The notes: generated by a model not told the origin, from the letters alone. Shown: positions 1-13,430, counted from the stretch's first letter. The stretch is DNA of 64,000 nucleotides from Escherichia coli (GCF_003018115.1 NZ_CP027457.1); one strand, 5' to 3'. Program-made: numbers and translations.

Positions 1-291
1 ACTAAGCAGTGTTGGGATGATAATGCTGCGTGTTTTATAGAAACTGGCACCCAGTACCGCGAAGCCGACCAGCGTGGGCACGAAACGGCGTGTATCGTGC
101 ATCACTTCTGGTGCGGTAGAGACAACCAGCAGAGCGCATATCGAGGCGATGCCAATGGTGTCGAGCAAAATACCTACCGCGCCACGTTTGGTTGGGCGGG
201 CATTACCCACACGCAGGCGCAGCGGCAAATAGCGGAAGCAATAATTCGCTGCGCCAACCAGTAACCCAAGCAGCAGAACCTCATAGCTCAT
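1..291 (-). CDS. ygaH: AzlD-family small subunit of branched-chain amino-acid exporter (YgaH); 3' end cut by window edge
   Basis: Minus-strand frame from ATG at ~289-291 stays open to position 1 and reads [23 protein letters not shown]..., hydrophobic; start overlaps ygaZ stop. Absent from ORF track because it has no in-window stop. Confidence 0.7.
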   Translation of the reverse strand, partial: MSYEVLLLGLLVGAANYCFRYLPLRLRVGNARPTKRGAVGILLDTIGIASICALLVVSTAPEVMHDTRRFVPTLVGFAVLGASFYKTRSIIIPTLLS

Positions 292-1018
292 CGGGCGCTC
301 CTTGCCAGAATGCCTGGATTAACGCAGTGAGGCAGCCACAGACAATGCCTGCCAGAATGGCGACGGGAATAGAAAATAGCGTTACGCCTGCAAGGGCACC
401 AACTAACGCTGCGGTAACGCAAAGAGATTGTTTGCGCTGGAAAGAGGCGAGCAGGAAACTCATAAAGAGTGCCGGAAGCATAAAACCTAATGCTGCTTCA
501 ACGGCGGGATAACCTTGCAGCAAGCCGCTGCCGGAGAATGCCCCTATTACCGTACCAAATACCCACGATGACCATGAACTGAAGGCAATGCCGATCATCC
601 AGTTCTCGCTCCAGCGGCGATTATTGCGTACCAGTTTTGCGGTGGCGGCGGCAAAAACCTCATCCGTCAGGCCAAACGCCCATAGGGCGGTTTTCGATTT
701 TTGCAGACGCTGAATAATACGGCTACGCAGTGACGGGCCATACAAAACATGGCGAACATCCATTGCCATGACGGTCAGTGCAGCAACCCACAAACTACTC
801 CCTGCTGCCAGCATCGCGGTAATGACGAACTGGCTCGCGCCTGCATAAATGATGCAGGAGAAAAAAACGCTTTCGAGAGGAGAGAATCCCAGACGGGTCG
901 CATTCAGACCGAACGCAAAGGCCACCGGAATATAACTAATAACAATCGGTAAACTGTCTTTGCATCCTTCCATGAAGGTCGCCGAACCAGGAGCAGGCTG
1001 TGGAGTAGGGCTTTCCAT
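281..1018 (-). CDS. ygaZ: AzlC-family branched-chain amino-acid (valine) exporter subunit
   Basis: 245-aa [24 protein letters not shown]..., multi-pass membrane protein; conserved position upstream of ygaH. Confidence 0.85.
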   Translation of the reverse strand: MESPTPQPAPGSATFMEGCKDSLPIVISYIPVAFAFGLNATRLGFSPLESVFFSCIIYAGASQFVITAMLAAGSSLWVAALTVMAMDVRHVLYGPSLRSRIIQRLQKSKTALWAFGLTDEVFAAATAKLVRNNRRWSENWMIGIAFSSWSSWVFGTVIGAFSGSGLLQGYPAVEAALGFMLPALFMSFLLASFQRKQSLCVTAALVGALAGVTLFSIPVAILAGIVCGCLTALIQAFWQGAPDEL

Positions 1019-1141
1019 AGAGTGTACGCTTAACGATTGTTAATATTATAAATAGACTGAATGAATATCTTAACCTTATCAGACTGATGGGCTTCTTAAC
1101 ACCCTTATAAGTGTAAAGCCACGAAAACGGTTGCTGATTGC

Positions 1142-2326
1142 TTAATTTGCGGCTTCCTGACGATGAAAACCTCGCCACCAGACCAGTAAGTTAACCAGGG
1201 CAATCGTCGCGCCAGCCAGACAAACGCCAGCCCAACCGCCATGTTGCCAGGCTGAGGCTGAAATTAGCGAACCGGCGGCACCGCCAATAAAGTAGCTGGT
1301 CATGTAACCTGCGGTCAGGCGATTACGCGCATCAGGGTGTATTCGATAAATTACCGTCTGGTTAGTGATATGCACGCCCTGAACGGTGAGATCCAGCACC
1401 AGGATTCCGATAATCAACGCCAGTACGGAAGTGTGACCAAACCAGATCGCCAGCCATGAAAGTAATAGCAGCAGCAGACCGAAAGTTGTGGTGTGGTGCG
1501 ATTTGCCCTTATCGGCAAAACCGCCCGCCGGACGAGCGCCCAACGCTCCGGCAGCTCCCGCAAGTCCAAACAGACCAATTACACCATCGCTGTAGTTAAA
1601 AGGTGGAGCGGCAAGCAAAAAGGCCATTGAGGTCCAGAGAATGCTGAAATTGGCAAAGGTCAGGCAGCCCAGCAACGCGCGGGTACGCAGAATTTTATCG
1701 CTGATAAACATACTGAAAACGGAACCCAACAACTGTGGGTAGTTGAGGTGGGTTTCTGATTTCATTTGTGGCAGACCACGCCATAATGCCAGCGCCATCA
1801 GTGCCATTAACACCGAGGCAACCCAAAAGACGGTGCGCCAGCCGCCGAGATTCGCCAGCAATCCGGCAACGGTCCGTGCGAGTAAGATCCCCAACAGCAG
1901 ACCGCTCATAATAGTGCCAACCACTTTGCCGCGTTTGTCCGGTGAAGCCAGCGTCGCTGCCAGTGGAACCAGAATTTGTGCCACGACTGAGAATAAACCG
2001 GTTAATGCCGTACCGAGGATCATCATCGCCAGCGACTGACTGCTGGCAGTGATTAACATGCCGCCTGCCGCCAGTAAGGTCATCGAGACAATCAGGCGGC
2101 GGCGTTCAAACATATCACCGAGGGGAACAAGAAACAGTAGACCTGCGGCATAGCCCAACTGCGCGGCGGTAACAATAAAGCCTGCCGAACTGGCGGAAAG
2201 GGAAAAGTTACGCGCGATGGTGTCGAGCAATGGCTGGGCGTAATAATTACTGGCTACCGCCAGACCGGTGGCGATAGACATCAGCACGATCAGCGCCGGG
2301 CTAAGCTCATGATTAGGTTTGGTCAT
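1142..2326 (-). CDS. ygaY: MFS-family transporter, intact 394 aa
   Basis: 394-aa ORF with 12-TM-like hydrophobic profile and MFS-type motifs; sits between ygaZ and proX. Confidence 0.75.
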   Translation of the reverse strand: MTKPNHELSPALIVLMSIATGLAVASNYYAQPLLDTIARNFSLSASSAGFIVTAAQLGYAAGLLFLVPLGDMFERRRLIVSMTLLAAGGMLITASSQSLAMMILGTALTGLFSVVAQILVPLAATLASPDKRGKVVGTIMSGLLLGILLARTVAGLLANLGGWRTVFWVASVLMALMALALWRGLPQMKSETHLNYPQLLGSVFSMFISDKILRTRALLGCLTFANFSILWTSMAFLLAAPPFNYSDGVIGLFGLAGAAGALGARPAGGFADKGKSHHTTTFGLLLLLLSWLAIWFGHTSVLALIIGILVLDLTVQGVHITNQTVIYRIHPDARNRLTAGYMTSYFIGGAAGSLISASAWQHGGWAGVCLAGATIALVNLLVWWRGFHRQEAAN

Positions 2327-2428
2327 TATTTTTGTTCATCAGGTGATGATTAAGCTGGAAATCAATAATAGCGGATGTTGATGAATATGGGATGAAAGAT
2401 AGATTGTTGAAATGTGCGATGTGGTTTG

Positions 2429-2465
2429 TAGGCATGATAGGACGCGTTAGCGTCGCATCAGGCAT
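2429..2465. repeat. REP (repetitive extragenic palindromic) element
   Basis: gtaggcatgataggacgcgttagcgtcgcatcaggc is an imperfect palindrome of the GCCTGATGCGACGC REP type, in the ygaY-proX intergenic space. Confidence 0.6.
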
Positions 2466-2517
2466 TGTGTACAGAGCGGCGGATGAGGCAAAAACGCCTA
2501 ATCCGCCCGAATAAAAA

Positions 2518-3510
2518 TTACTTCTGCGCTGCCAGCGCCTCATTCACCCAGCCATCGAACTGCTGCTGGTGGGCTTTGATCCAGCCATCAACATGGCCCT
2601 GAATATCGCCTTCTGAGGCTTTGCCGTCATGCATAATGGCGTTCTGGGCGTTAATATCTGCCACTGGCAACTGCATAATGGCAAACAGTTTCGCTGCTGC
2701 CGGGTTTTTCTCGGCCCAGGCTTTATTGGCAACGATATGCATGGTGCTGACCGGGAAGCCGTAATTCGCGCCATTCGGCAGTTTGGTATCGGCATTTTTA
2801 TCGCCCGGCAGTGCAGAGAACGGCACCTGCAACCAGACCACATCTTTCCCTGGCTTCAGCTCATTACTCACCCAGTACGGCGTCCAGGTGTAGTAAAACA
2901 CCGGTTTGCCCTCTTTGTAACGACTGATGGTGTCAGCCATCATCGCCGCGTAGTTCCCCTGATTATGCGTCACGGTATTGGTCAGTTCATACGCGGCAAG
3001 CTGGTGGTTGATCGCACCTTCGCAGCCCCAGCCAGGGTTACAGCCAGTCAAATCCGCTTTACCGTCGCCGTTGGTATCGAACAGTTTGGCGATCTTCGGA
3101 TCTTTCAGTTGTGCGATGTTGGTGATTTTGTACTGGTCGGCGGTTTTCTTATCGATCAGGTAACCCTGTGCCGCGCCGTTAACAAATACCCCTTCACGAT
3201 AAAATTTCTTATCGCCACCGGCAGCTTCGTACATGTTGTCATGCAGTGGCGTCCAGTTCACGGCGGTGAAGGTTGCATCGCCGGAAGCAAGCGAGGTGTA
3301 GCCAACGTTGTAATCCACTTCGCTGGGTTTATTGACGGTATAACCTAATTTCTCCAGCGCACGACTGACCAGCAGTGTCTGGAAGGTTTCTTCGGTGATG
3401 GTGCTTTGAACTGGATTAACAGTAATGCCTTTGCCCGGCAGATCGGCAGCAAAAGTTTGTGTAGAGATAAGCGTGGCAAACGCTGTCGCAAAAAGTACGC
3501 TATGTCGCAT
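2518..3510 (-). CDS. proX: Glycine betaine/proline ABC transporter periplasmic binding protein
   Basis: ORF 2518..3558; likely start [21 protein letters not shown] (signal peptide) at 3510; ProX-like sequence; proVWX order. Confidence 0.9.
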
Positions 3511-3566
3511 TGTTATTCCTTTTTTTGGCAGGGTGATATGCCCGGCGTCACCGGGCAAGTGCAGAG

Positions 3567-4631
3567 TTACTTAATGAATGGGCGGGTCAGCAGACCGACA
3601 GGGCCAGTGGTGTACCAGCGACGGTTGCCGCGACTGCGTGAGTCGCGCCCAACGGCCTGCGTCAGGCGATCGAGGATAATGGCGAGGATCACAATCCCGA
3701 CGCCGCCAACGGTGGCAAGCCCCATATCCAGACGACCGATACCGCGAAGTACCATCTGACCCAGCCCGCCGACGGCAATCATCGAGGCAATGACCACCAT
3801 AGAAAGGGCCAGCATCAGCGTCTGGTTAACGCCCGCCATAATGGTCGGCATCGCCAGCGGTAACTGAACTTTGAACAGCATCTGGCGCGGGCTGGCACCG
3901 AATGAGCGCGAGGCTTCAATCAGATCCGCCGGAACCTGGTTAATCCCCAGAATGGTCAGACGGATAATCGGCGGCAGAGCAAAGATGATCGTCACCACCA
4001 CGCCCGGCACGTTACCGATACCAAACAGCATGACGATTGGCACCAGATAAACAAACGCTGGCGTGGTCTGCATGGCATCAAGCAGTGGACGAATAATTTT
4101 CGCCGCTCGTGGACTTCTCGCCAGCCAGATCCCCAACGGCAAACCGATGACGATACAGAACAGCAGGGCGGTTAACACCAGCGCCAGAGTCACCATTGCC
4201 TGCGACCAGGCACCGATTGCGCCGATGGCAATCAGCGAAACCAGCGTCGCCACACCCATTCCGACCCCGGAAATCTGCCAGGCGATGAGAGCGAAAACGA
4301 TAATCGCCACCGGTGCGGGCATACCCAGCAGCAATTGCTGGAAACCGTTGAGGATATAATCAACCGGAACGCGCACGCCCTGGAAGACGGGACGGAAATG
4401 GGTAACAACCCAGTCGATCCCTTCAGTGACCCAACTGTCGAGCGGGATCAGCGTTTTATGGAACGGATCGAGAATATTAAAATGCTCGACGTTTGGCGCA
4501 GGCGTACTGGTCAGCCAGTCAGCACCACCACCGTCAGTCGGTGCAGTCGCCGGTGTACCCCAGGCGTCTGCGGATTGCACGGCACTGTCCGCCGCTGGCG
4601 TGGTATCCCACGGATTATTTTGATCAGCCAT
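3567..4631 (-). CDS. proW: Glycine betaine/proline ABC transporter permease
   Basis: 354-aa ORF, hydrophilic N-terminus followed by ABC permease membrane domain; overlaps proV stop. Confidence 0.9.
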
Positions 4632-5826
4632 TATTTACCCCCTCACGATCTAAAGCGCGCAGCAGCATTCCTTTCGAAATGATGCCGACATACTGTTGGT
4701 CCTCGTCGACCACGGGCACCGCACAGGGTGCCTGTCCGACATGAGAGAGCAACTCGCTAAGAGGCGTTTGTGCATCGACTGCTAACGGCGCATCAATCAG
4801 CGCCGCATCAAGACCTTGCTGCTGCGTTAACGCGGTTTTAAGCGAATCGATGGAAACTGCGCCGACAAACTTATTACCGCGTTCGATAACGTAGCCATAT
4901 TCGCGATCTTCATCCTGCAATAATTTCAGTGCCGAACGTGGGCCGAAGCCAGGGGTTTTACGAATTAAGCCATTCGGTGTCCGGCGGGCAATATCTTTCG
5001 CACTGAATACCTGACTAATATCAACGCCACGGAAGAAGGTACGGACATAATCATTCGCCGGATTATTGAGAATTTCATCCGGTGTGCCGACCTGTACCAC
5101 TTCACCATTTTGCATAATGGCAATTCGGTCGCCAATACGCATAGCCTCATCGAGATCGTGGGAAATAAAGACAATGGTGCGCTGATGTTTCGCCTGTAAT
5201 TTTACCAGCTCATCCTGCATCTCGGTGCGAATTAATGGATCGAGCGCCGAGAAGGCTTCGTCCATTAATAATATATCCGGATTAATCGCTAACGCGCGGG
5301 CTAATCCCACACGTTGACGCATCCCGCCAGAGAGTTCATCCGGGTAGCTGTGGGCATAATTTTCCAGCCCGACCTGACGCAGTGCATCAAGGGCTTTTTC
5401 CCGGCGTTCTTCGGCATTAATTCCGGCCAATTCCATACCGAACGCAGTATTGTCCAGCACGGTCATATGCGGCATTAAGGCAAAGGACTGGAAGACCATC
5501 GCAATCTTTTTTCTGCGCACCTCACGGAGTTCGGCATCGGATATTTTGGCAATATCCACACCATCAATCAGCACTTGCCCGCGGGTGGGTTCAATCAGGC
5601 GATTGAGAAGGCGTACCATTGTGGATTTACCCGAGCCGGATAATCCCATGATGACAAATATCTCGCCTTCTTCAATGGCCAGACTGGCGTCTTTTACGCC
5701 AAGCGATAGCCCAGTTTTTTCCAGAATTTGTTCTTTCGAAAGTCCTTGTTCGATATATTTGAACGCTCGCTGTGGATGCTCGCCAAATATTTTATAAAGA
5801 TTTTTAATTTCTAATTTAATTGCCAT
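4624..5826 (-). CDS. proV: Glycine betaine/proline ABC transporter ATPase
   Basis: Walker [13 protein letters not shown] signature LSGGMRQR, C-terminal CBS-like region; start set at [15 protein letters not shown] (ATG 5824-5826) rather than the longer ORF-track extension. Confidence 0.9.
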   Translation of the reverse strand: MAIKLEIKNLYKIFGEHPQRAFKYIEQGLSKEQILEKTGLSLGVKDASLAIEEGEIFVIMGLSGSGKSTMVRLLNRLIEPTRGQVLIDGVDIAKISDAELREVRRKKIAMVFQSFALMPHMTVLDNTAFGMELAGINAEERREKALDALRQVGLENYAHSYPDELSGGMRQRVGLARALAINPDILLMDEAFSALDPLIRTEMQDELVKLQAKHQRTIVFISHDLDEAMRIGDRIAIMQNGEVVQVGTPDEILNNPANDYVRTFFRGVDISQVFSAKDIARRTPNGLIRKTPGFGPRSALKLLQDEDREYGYVIERGNKFVGAVSIDSLKTALTQQQGLDAALIDAPLAVDAQTPLSELLSHVGQAPCAVPVVDEDQQYVGIISKGMLLRALDREGVNNG

Positions 5827-6180
5827 GCAATAGAAAGATTCCTTTATTTGTTTATGTCGATATATTACCCAATGGAAATAGTCACTTTTTTCTACCCTAA
5901 CATACTGAGAATCTGAGGCAACCCCTGAGGGCAAATGTGGCATGAATATTGATGCGAGCAAATCGCCGGAATTTCCCGTGATATAAGGGCTGAGAGCAAA
6001 TCGAGAAAAGTTGATATTTTTTGTCATAGATGGCGAAAAAACGCCTGAATATTGTAGTTTCAGGCGAATAATGCAACAGAGTATCAGTGTAGATCACCAC
6101 AAAATATTTGCGTGATAAAAAGCTATTTGGCGGGAATTATTTCCCTGCTGCGGGTAGTGATATTTTTGAAAATAACACCC
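5827..6180 (-). promoter_or_regulatory. proU (proVWX) promoter/leader region
   Basis: Intergenic AT-rich region upstream of proV; the osmoregulated promoter is expected here by gene order; individual elements not resolved. Confidence 0.4.
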
Positions 6181-7149
<969 letters not shown>

Positions 7150-9294
7150 TTAAAGTGCACAGGAGACGCAGCCTTCAATTTCAGTGCCTTCCAGCGCCAT
7201 CTGACGCAGGCGAATGTAATAGAGCGTTTTGATACCTTTGCGCCAGGCGTAAATCTGCGCTTTGTTGATATCGCGAGTGGTGGCGGTATCGGGGAAAAAC
7301 AGCGTCAGCGACAGCCCCTGATCGACATGGCGAGTCGCTTCCGCGTAGGTGTCGATGATCTTTTCTGCGCCAATTTCGTAAGCGTCCTGATATAGCGCCA
7401 GATTTTCGTTAGTCATAAACGGGGCAGGGTAGTAAACGCGTCCTGTTTTGCCCTCTTTGCGTATCTCTACTTTCGCCACAATCGGATGAATACTCGACGT
7501 AGCATGGTTGATATAAGAGATAGAACCGGTTGGCGGCACCGCCTGGAGATTCTGGTTGTAAATGCCGTAGCGCATCACGTCATCGCGCAGCTGCGCCCAC
7601 ATCTCACGGGTAGGTAACGTAATACCGCTGCGGGCAAACAGTTCGCCAACTTTCGCCGTTTTCGGCTGCCAGTTACCTTGCAGATATTGGCTGAAATATT
7701 CACCACTGGCATAGCGTGACTGTTTGAACCCGGCGAAGGTTTGACCGCGTTCGCGCGCCAGCAACATCGAGGTACGCAGGGCGTGCCAGGTGATGGTATA
7801 GAAATAGAGATTGGTGAAATCCAGTGCTTCCGGCGAACCATAAGCGATGCCTTCTCGCGCCAGATAACCGTGTAAATTCATCTGCCCCAGTCCGATGGCG
7901 TGCGAGGCGGCATTTCCGGCTTCGATGGACGGCACGCTGCGGATATGACTCATATCTGATACTGCCGTTAAACCGCGCACGGCAGTCTCTACCGTGCGGG
8001 CAAAGTCGGGAGAATCCACGGTGTGGGCAATATTCAACGAACCTAAATTGCAGGAAATATCATGGCCTGTACGGGCATAGTCGAGATTCTCGCCATACTC
8101 TGATGCGCTGTTAACCTGCAAAATTTCTGAGCAGAGATTGCTCATATTTATGCGCCCGGCGATAGGGTTAGCACGGTTAACCGTGTCTTCATACATGATG
8201 TAGGGATAGCCGGACTCAAACTGGATTTCTGCCAGTCGCTGGAAGAAATCACGGGCGTTGATGTATTTTTTGCGGATGCGTTCATCGGCGACCAGTTCGT
8301 CATAGTGTTGGCTGATGGGCACATCGGCAAACGGCTTGCCATAAACCCGCTCAACGTCATAAGGCGAAAACAGCGCCATCTGCGCATTCTCTTTTGCCAG
8401 ATGGAAAGTGATATCCGGGATCACCACGCCCAGCGACAGTGTTTTAATGCGGATTTTTTCGTCGGCATTTTCCCGTTTTGTATCGAGAAAACGCAGGATA
8501 TCGGGATGATGAGCATGTAAATAGACTACCCCAGCCCCCTGACGCGCGCCGAGCTGGTTGGCATAGGAAAATGCGTCTTCCAGCATTTTCATCACCGGGA
8601 TCACGCCAGAAGATTGATTTTCAATACGTTTAATTGGCGCGCCCGCTTCCCGCAGATTCGACAGCAAAAATGCCACGCCGCCGCCGCGTTTCGACAGTTG
8701 CAGTGCGGAATTTACCGCCCGACCAATCGACTCCATATTGTCTTCAATACGCAGTAAAAAACAGGAAACCAGTTCGCCGCGCTGCTGCTTACCGCAGTTG
8801 AGGAATGTTGGCGTGGCTGGCTGAAAGCGTCCAGACAGCATCTCATCAGTCAGTTGCGTCGCCAGCGTCTCATCGCCTTGTGCCAGCGTCAGCGCCACCA
8901 TCGTGACTCGATCGGCAAAATCTTCCAGATAACGCTTACCGTCGAATGTCTTCAACGTATAGCTGGTGTAAAACTTCCATGCCCCAAGGAATGTCTGGAA
9001 ACGAAAACCGCTGGCGTGCGCGTGGGCAAACAGCGTAATGACAAAATCGCGAGAGTAGCGATTAAGGGCACTTTCATCATAGTAACCTTCGTTAACCAGC
9101 CAGTTCAGGCGCTGCTGCTGGCTACTGAAGGTCACACTGTTCGGACGCACATGCGTCGCAATAAAGGCGTCAACGGCCTGGCGGTCTTTATCGAACTGAA
9201 TGCGACCTGCGCTATCGTAGAGGTTAAGCATCGCATTCAGCGCGTGATAATCCATCGTTTCCTGCGTCAGGCGTTCTGCGGTTGTCGTTGCCAA
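7150..9294 (-). CDS. nrdE: Class Ib ribonucleotide reductase alpha subunit
   Basis: 714-aa ORF with RNR large-subunit features (NLCSEI active-site region, C-terminal CxxC tail). Confidence 0.9.
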
Positions 9295-9677
9295 AATTCG
9301 GTTACTCCTTTACGAACGTTTTCGATATCGCTTTGCGTACCCATGAGTTCAAAACGGTACAGCCACGGCACGCCGCATTTCTGAGCAATCACATCTCCGG
9401 CACGGCCATACGCCTCACCAAAGTTGCGATTACCCGAAGCAATAACGCCGCGAAGCAACGCCCGGTTGTGCTCGTCGTTTAAAAAGCGAATTACCTGTCG
9501 TGGCACCGCGCCAGCCGTACCGCCGCCGCCGTAAGAGGGCACGATCAGGATGTAAGGCTCGTCTACCTGAATCCGTTCCCGCTCATTGAGCGGGATGCGC
9601 ACCGCGGGCAGACCTAAACGTTCGATAAAACGCTGCGTATTTTCGGAGCTGCTGGAAAAGTAGACGAGCTGGCTCAT
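9267..9677 (-). CDS. nrdI: Flavodoxin-like NrdI
   Basis: 136-aa [24 protein letters not shown]...; overlaps nrdE start and nrdH stop. Confidence 0.9.
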
Positions 9678-9919
9678 GCACTGGCCGCGTGTGGCGCTGG
9701 ATGCAGACGATTGATCATGTCCGGGCGGAAACCAGACCAGCTAAGATCGCCTGCAATCACTACCGGCAACTGACGAAAGCCCTGAGCACGCAACGCTTCC
9801 GCCGCTTCAGGAACGCGATCGACATTAATCATTTCAAAATCAAAGCCCCGGTTTTCCATCGCCCGTTTGGTGGCGTGGCACTGAACGCAATCGTTACGAG
9901 TGTAAATAGTAATGCGCAT
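9674..9919 (-). CDS. nrdH: Glutaredoxin-like NrdH redoxin
   Basis: 81-aa [24 protein letters not shown] with CVQC redox motif. Confidence 0.9.
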
Positions 9920-9992
9920 GATTCGTATTTCCGTTTAAAATGAAGATACGGCGCGATGATACGCGTCGGGTTGTCTCTCTGTTGATACAGAG

Positions 9993-10039
9993 ATACTAGA
10001 TGTAGTTGAAAAAAGATTCAACCACACAATATATAGCAA
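9993..10039. promoter_or_regulatory. Candidate tandem NrdR boxes in the nrdHIEF promoter
   Basis: Two AT-rich 16-bp imperfect palindromes (atactagatgtagttg and acacaatatatagcaa) about three helical turns apart, roughly 75-120 bp upstream of nrdH. Confidence 0.4.
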
Positions 10040-10166
10040 ATAGTGGTCGAAATTACCCTGGATATGAGCGTGACGGGGTAGGGGGATTTTTGTGATTCAC
10101 CAGGCAAAAAGAAACCCCGAAGACAGGCTTCGGGGTCAAAGACGCGTATTTATTATCATTGTTGCA

Positions 10167-10496
10167 CTACGATTTGCGCATACTTAACAGTGCGCCGATA
10201 AAAATACCTACCGCAGCTGCTGTACCCACGCTACACCAGGGTCTTTCACGAACAAAAGAATCCGCGCAGCCAACGGCATCGCGTGCGGCTTGCTGGACGC
10301 GAGTACGACCATGCATTCGCGCCCTGGTTTCTTTCAGCAATGCCTGAGCTTTACTGCGTGCGGCTTCAGCTTCCCCTTTGGCGTCGCTGCCCCAGGACTT
10401 CAATACAGATTCGAGGCTGTCAGCTAATTGATTGACATCATTCTGGATATCCTGCACGCCATCATCAACGTCGTTGCGGTTCGGTCGGTTAAACAT
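10167..10496 (-). CDS. ygaM: ElaB/YqjD/YgaM-family membrane-anchored protein
   Basis: ORF 10167..10508; start taken at MFNRPNRNDVDD; C-terminal hydrophobic anchor GTAAAVGIFIGALLS. Confidence 0.8.
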   Translation of the reverse strand: MFNRPNRNDVDDGVQDIQNDVNQLADSLESVLKSWGSDAKGEAEAARSKAQALLKETRARMHGRTRVQQAARDAVGCADSFVRERPWCSVGTAAAVGIFIGALLSMRKS

Positions 10497-10647
10497 ATGA
10501 TCCCCCATTAGAATTCGATGTAATTTTCAGTGTAGACCATAATTTTCTTAACTGAGGTTCATCGCGGCTTTATGGACTTTTCTGAAAGCGTTGTGAATGC
10601 GCAATCAGGTAAGGTAGGCCCGCGGTTGATAATAACGAGGATCAAAT

Positions 10648-10992
10648 ATGTATTTACGACCAGACGAGGTGGCGCGCGTACTTGAAAAAGTCGGTTTTAC
10701 TGTCGATGTGGTAACCCAGAAAACGTATGGTTACCGCCGTGGGGAAAATTATGTCTATGTTAATCGCGAAGCGCGAATGGGACGTACCGCACTGGTAATT
10801 CATCCAACATTAAAAGAACGTAGTTCGACACTGGCTGAACCCGCTTCCGATATTAAAACTTGCGATCATTATCAACAATTTCCGCTCTATTTAGCAGGCG
10901 AGCGACACGAGCATTACGGTATCCCGCATGGCTTTAGTTCGCGTGTTGCGCTTGAACGTTATTTGAATGGTTTATTTGGCGAAGCCAGTTAA
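10648..10992 (+). CDS. ygaC: Uncharacterized protein YgaC
   Basis: 114-aa [24 protein letters not shown]...; conserved position. Confidence 0.8.
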   Translation: MYLRPDEVARVLEKVGFTVDVVTQKTYGYRRGENYVYVNREARMGRTALVIHPTLKERSSTLAEPASDIKTCDHYQQFPLYLAGERHEHYGIPHGFSSRVALERYLNGLFGEAS

Positions 10993-11028
10993 AGACGCGA
11001 CTGGCGATGCCAGTCGCGAAAAGAAGAG

Positions 11029-11478
11029 TCAGGCTTTTACCTGCTGGTAACGGCTGACTTTAAACAGTCGGCGGCAATAATCGAGGAAGTAGCCATAAAC
11101 CGCCCCCATCAACATCGAAACAACGATGTTTGAACTGACCGCCGCCATAATCTGACGCCAGTCTGCGCCCACCACTAACAAGATCGCCACATACACCGGT
11201 GACTGGAACGTCACATAAGCCAGGATATCCGCCAGATTTTTTATCCAGCCCGACGGGCTAACTTTGCGTGCCGCGCGCATAAACAGATCGCGGTACATAC
11301 CGTATGGCCATGCAATTAAGATGTTCACCGGAATCGCTACCAATCTGGAATAAAAAGACTGTTCGAAGCTCATTCCGGAGAGGAAAACTTCAATACACAT
11401 GTTCACGACAGAACAGTAAACAACCATCGCGAACGTATCTGCAACTGCATGACGCAAGCGTGACTGCGGTGAGAACAT
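11029..11478 (-). CDS. alaE: L-alanine exporter
   Basis: 149-aa hydrophobic [24 protein letters not shown]... Confidence 0.8.
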   Translation of the reverse strand: MFSPQSRLRHAVADTFAMVVYCSVVNMCIEVFLSGMSFEQSFYSRLVAIPVNILIAWPYGMYRDLFMRAARKVSPSGWIKNLADILAYVTFQSPVYVAILLVVGADWRQIMAAVSSNIVVSMLMGAVYGYFLDYCRRLFKVSRYQQVKA

Positions 11479-12145
11479 GCTAATGCTCCTTAATAAAAGC
11501 GTAATGGGATGTTAATGGAGATGAAAACAGTGGATCTCATTGCCATCTGCATTTTCGCATAGCGTATATCGCTGGCTATGACTAATCAATTAGTGAAAAA
11601 TTCTTATTTAGTCAGTTTTTGTAGATAAAATATTCCGTAACGGCTCGTTTTTTGTACATTGTGGATTTTTACATGCCGATATGATTTATTTTCAATTAAA
11701 TCAATTAGATATGACCTTGCCTTTAATTTCACTAATGAAAGTTTGGGAGTGAGGTAACGCTATAAGCGTAGAGAATTCGGTGTATGTCGTGACCGTGTCA
11801 TTTACAGCATTTTTTATGCCAGAAAATGTACATTAACAGCAGAAAGCACCAGTGAGGGGTGTTTTCTTTTATTCTGTTATATTGCATTTTTATTCACTTC
11901 GGTTTTGTCAGGCTTGCGGAATTAGCGTGCAGAGAGCGCCGTTCTGTTCACCAATAATCTAAATTACTCATCAAAATGGCTAATATATAATCTTGAAATT
12001 ATTCTGAGAGTTTCAGAAAATAACAGCTGAAATAATCTCGCGCAGGACTGTAAATAGATTAAATTTTGTGGAAATATAATAAGTGATCGCTTACACTACG
12101 CGACGAAATACTTTTTTGTTTTGGCGTTAAAAGGTTTTCTTTATT

Positions 12146-12550
12146 ATGTCCGTAATGTTACAAAGTTTAAATAACATTCGCACCCTCCGTGCGATGGCTC
12201 GCGAATTCTCCATTGACGTTCTTGAAGAAATGCTCGAAAAATTCAGGGTTGTCACTAAAGAAAGACGTGAAGAAGAAGAACAGCAGCAGCGTGAACTGGC
12301 TGAGCGTCAGGAAAAAATTAGCACCTGGCTAGAGCTGATGAAGGCTGACGGAATTAACCCGGAAGAGTTATTGGGTAATAGCTCTGCTGCTGCACCACGC
12401 GCTGGTAAAAAACGCCAGCCGCGTCCGGCGAAATATAAATTCACCGATGTTAACGGTGAAACTAAAACCTGGACCGGTCAGGGCCGTACACCGAAGCCAA
12501 TTGCTCAGGCGCTGGCAGAAGGTAAATCTCTCGACGATTTCCTGATCTAA
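12146..12550 (+). CDS. stpA: H-NS paralog DNA-binding protein StpA
   Basis: 134-aa [35 protein letters not shown]... with C-terminal [12 protein letters not shown]-binding motif; preceded by a long AT-rich leader. Confidence 0.9.
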   Translation: MSVMLQSLNNIRTLRAMAREFSIDVLEEMLEKFRVVTKERREEEEQQQRELAERQEKISTWLELMKADGINPEELLGNSSAAAPRAGKKRQPRPAKYKFTDVNGETKTWTGQGRTPKPIAQALAEGKSLDDFLI

Positions 12551-12596
12551 TTACTGAGGCCGGATGTCGCTGCTAGGGCGCGTCCGGCGTCGCTTC

Positions 12597-13121
12597 TCAA
12601 GCTCGTTGGTTCCACGGCATCTTATCTAACAACCTTGCCATTCCACAAAAACCGCTGATTCCTGCAAACAGTAACCCGGCACCAACAAAGCCACTTAATA
12701 AGAAGAAACCGCTATTTACGGTATAACCCAGTACAACGCCGATTAATATTAAACCACCCGCAGCGATCTGCACCTGGCGCATTAACGGCAAGGGTTGAGA
12801 TTTATTTACCGCTACTGGCAATCCAGCTCTTTTCCAGCCATCAATCCCATCTTCGAGTAAAAATATTTCTGCGGGGGCGGCAATCGCTGCTAATTTATCG
12901 GCGTTATTACTGGTGCGTTTACCTGCCTGGCAGTGGAATATAATTTGCTCGCGACGTAATTTAGGTGGAAGACCTGACTGTTCCAGCACGGATAATGGAG
13001 CCAGATCTGCTTCAGGAATATGTTCACGAAGATATTCATCAGCATCACGAATATCGATTAACTTTGCGCCGCGTGCGATTAATTCTTGTGCATCATGCGG
13101 CGAAATGGTTGTCAAAGCCAT
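12597..13121 (-). CDS. ygaP: Membrane-anchored rhodanese (thiosulfate sulfurtransferase)
   Basis: 174-aa ORF; rhodanese active-site region CQAGKRT; C-terminal TM helices. Confidence 0.85.
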   Translation of the reverse strand: MALTTISPHDAQELIARGAKLIDIRDADEYLREHIPEADLAPLSVLEQSGLPPKLRREQIIFHCQAGKRTSNNADKLAAIAAPAEIFLLEDGIDGWKRAGLPVAVNKSQPLPLMRQVQIAAGGLILIGVVLGYTVNSGFFLLSGFVGAGLLFAGISGFCGMARLLDKMPWNQRA

Positions 13122-13130
13122 AGTGACTCC

Positions 13131-13430
13131 TTACGGACAATAGACATTTTTCAGGGTGGCGATAATGGCATTTACCGCCTCATTTTTAATGGAATATAGA
13201 ATGCGTTGGGCATCCCGTTGGCTGTCGATAAGCCCTTCGTCCCGCATACGAGCGAGATGCTGTGATGTCGCAGAGGCACTCAGTCCGGTAATGCGCGTCA
13301 GCTCTCCCGCGCTGGTGCCGGGGGAACCGCTAAGCATGCACAGAATCAGCAATCGTTTAGGATGGCTCATTGCTTTCAATAAGGCCGCTGCCTGTTCGGC
13401 ACTGGCCTGTAATTGCGCGAGTTCAGTCAT
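13131..13430 (-). CDS. ygaV: ArsR/SmtB-family transcriptional regulator
   Basis: 99-aa ORF with wHTH; operon partner of ygaP. Confidence 0.85.
   Translation of the reverse strand: MTELAQLQASAEQAAALLKAMSHPKRLLILCMLSGSPGTSAGELTRITGLSASATSQHLARMRDEGLIDSQRDAQRILYSIKNEAVNAIIATLKNVYCP

Noticed and set aside
2629-3348. 239-aa plus-strand ORF inside proX
   Set aside because: Antisense shadow ORF opposite a well-supported gene; Arg/Cys-rich composition typical of non-coding frames in GC-rich DNA
5827-6027. N-terminal 67-codon extension of the proV ORF
   Set aside because: Extension has no ProV-like sequence; the conserved start [15 protein letters not shown] is at 5826
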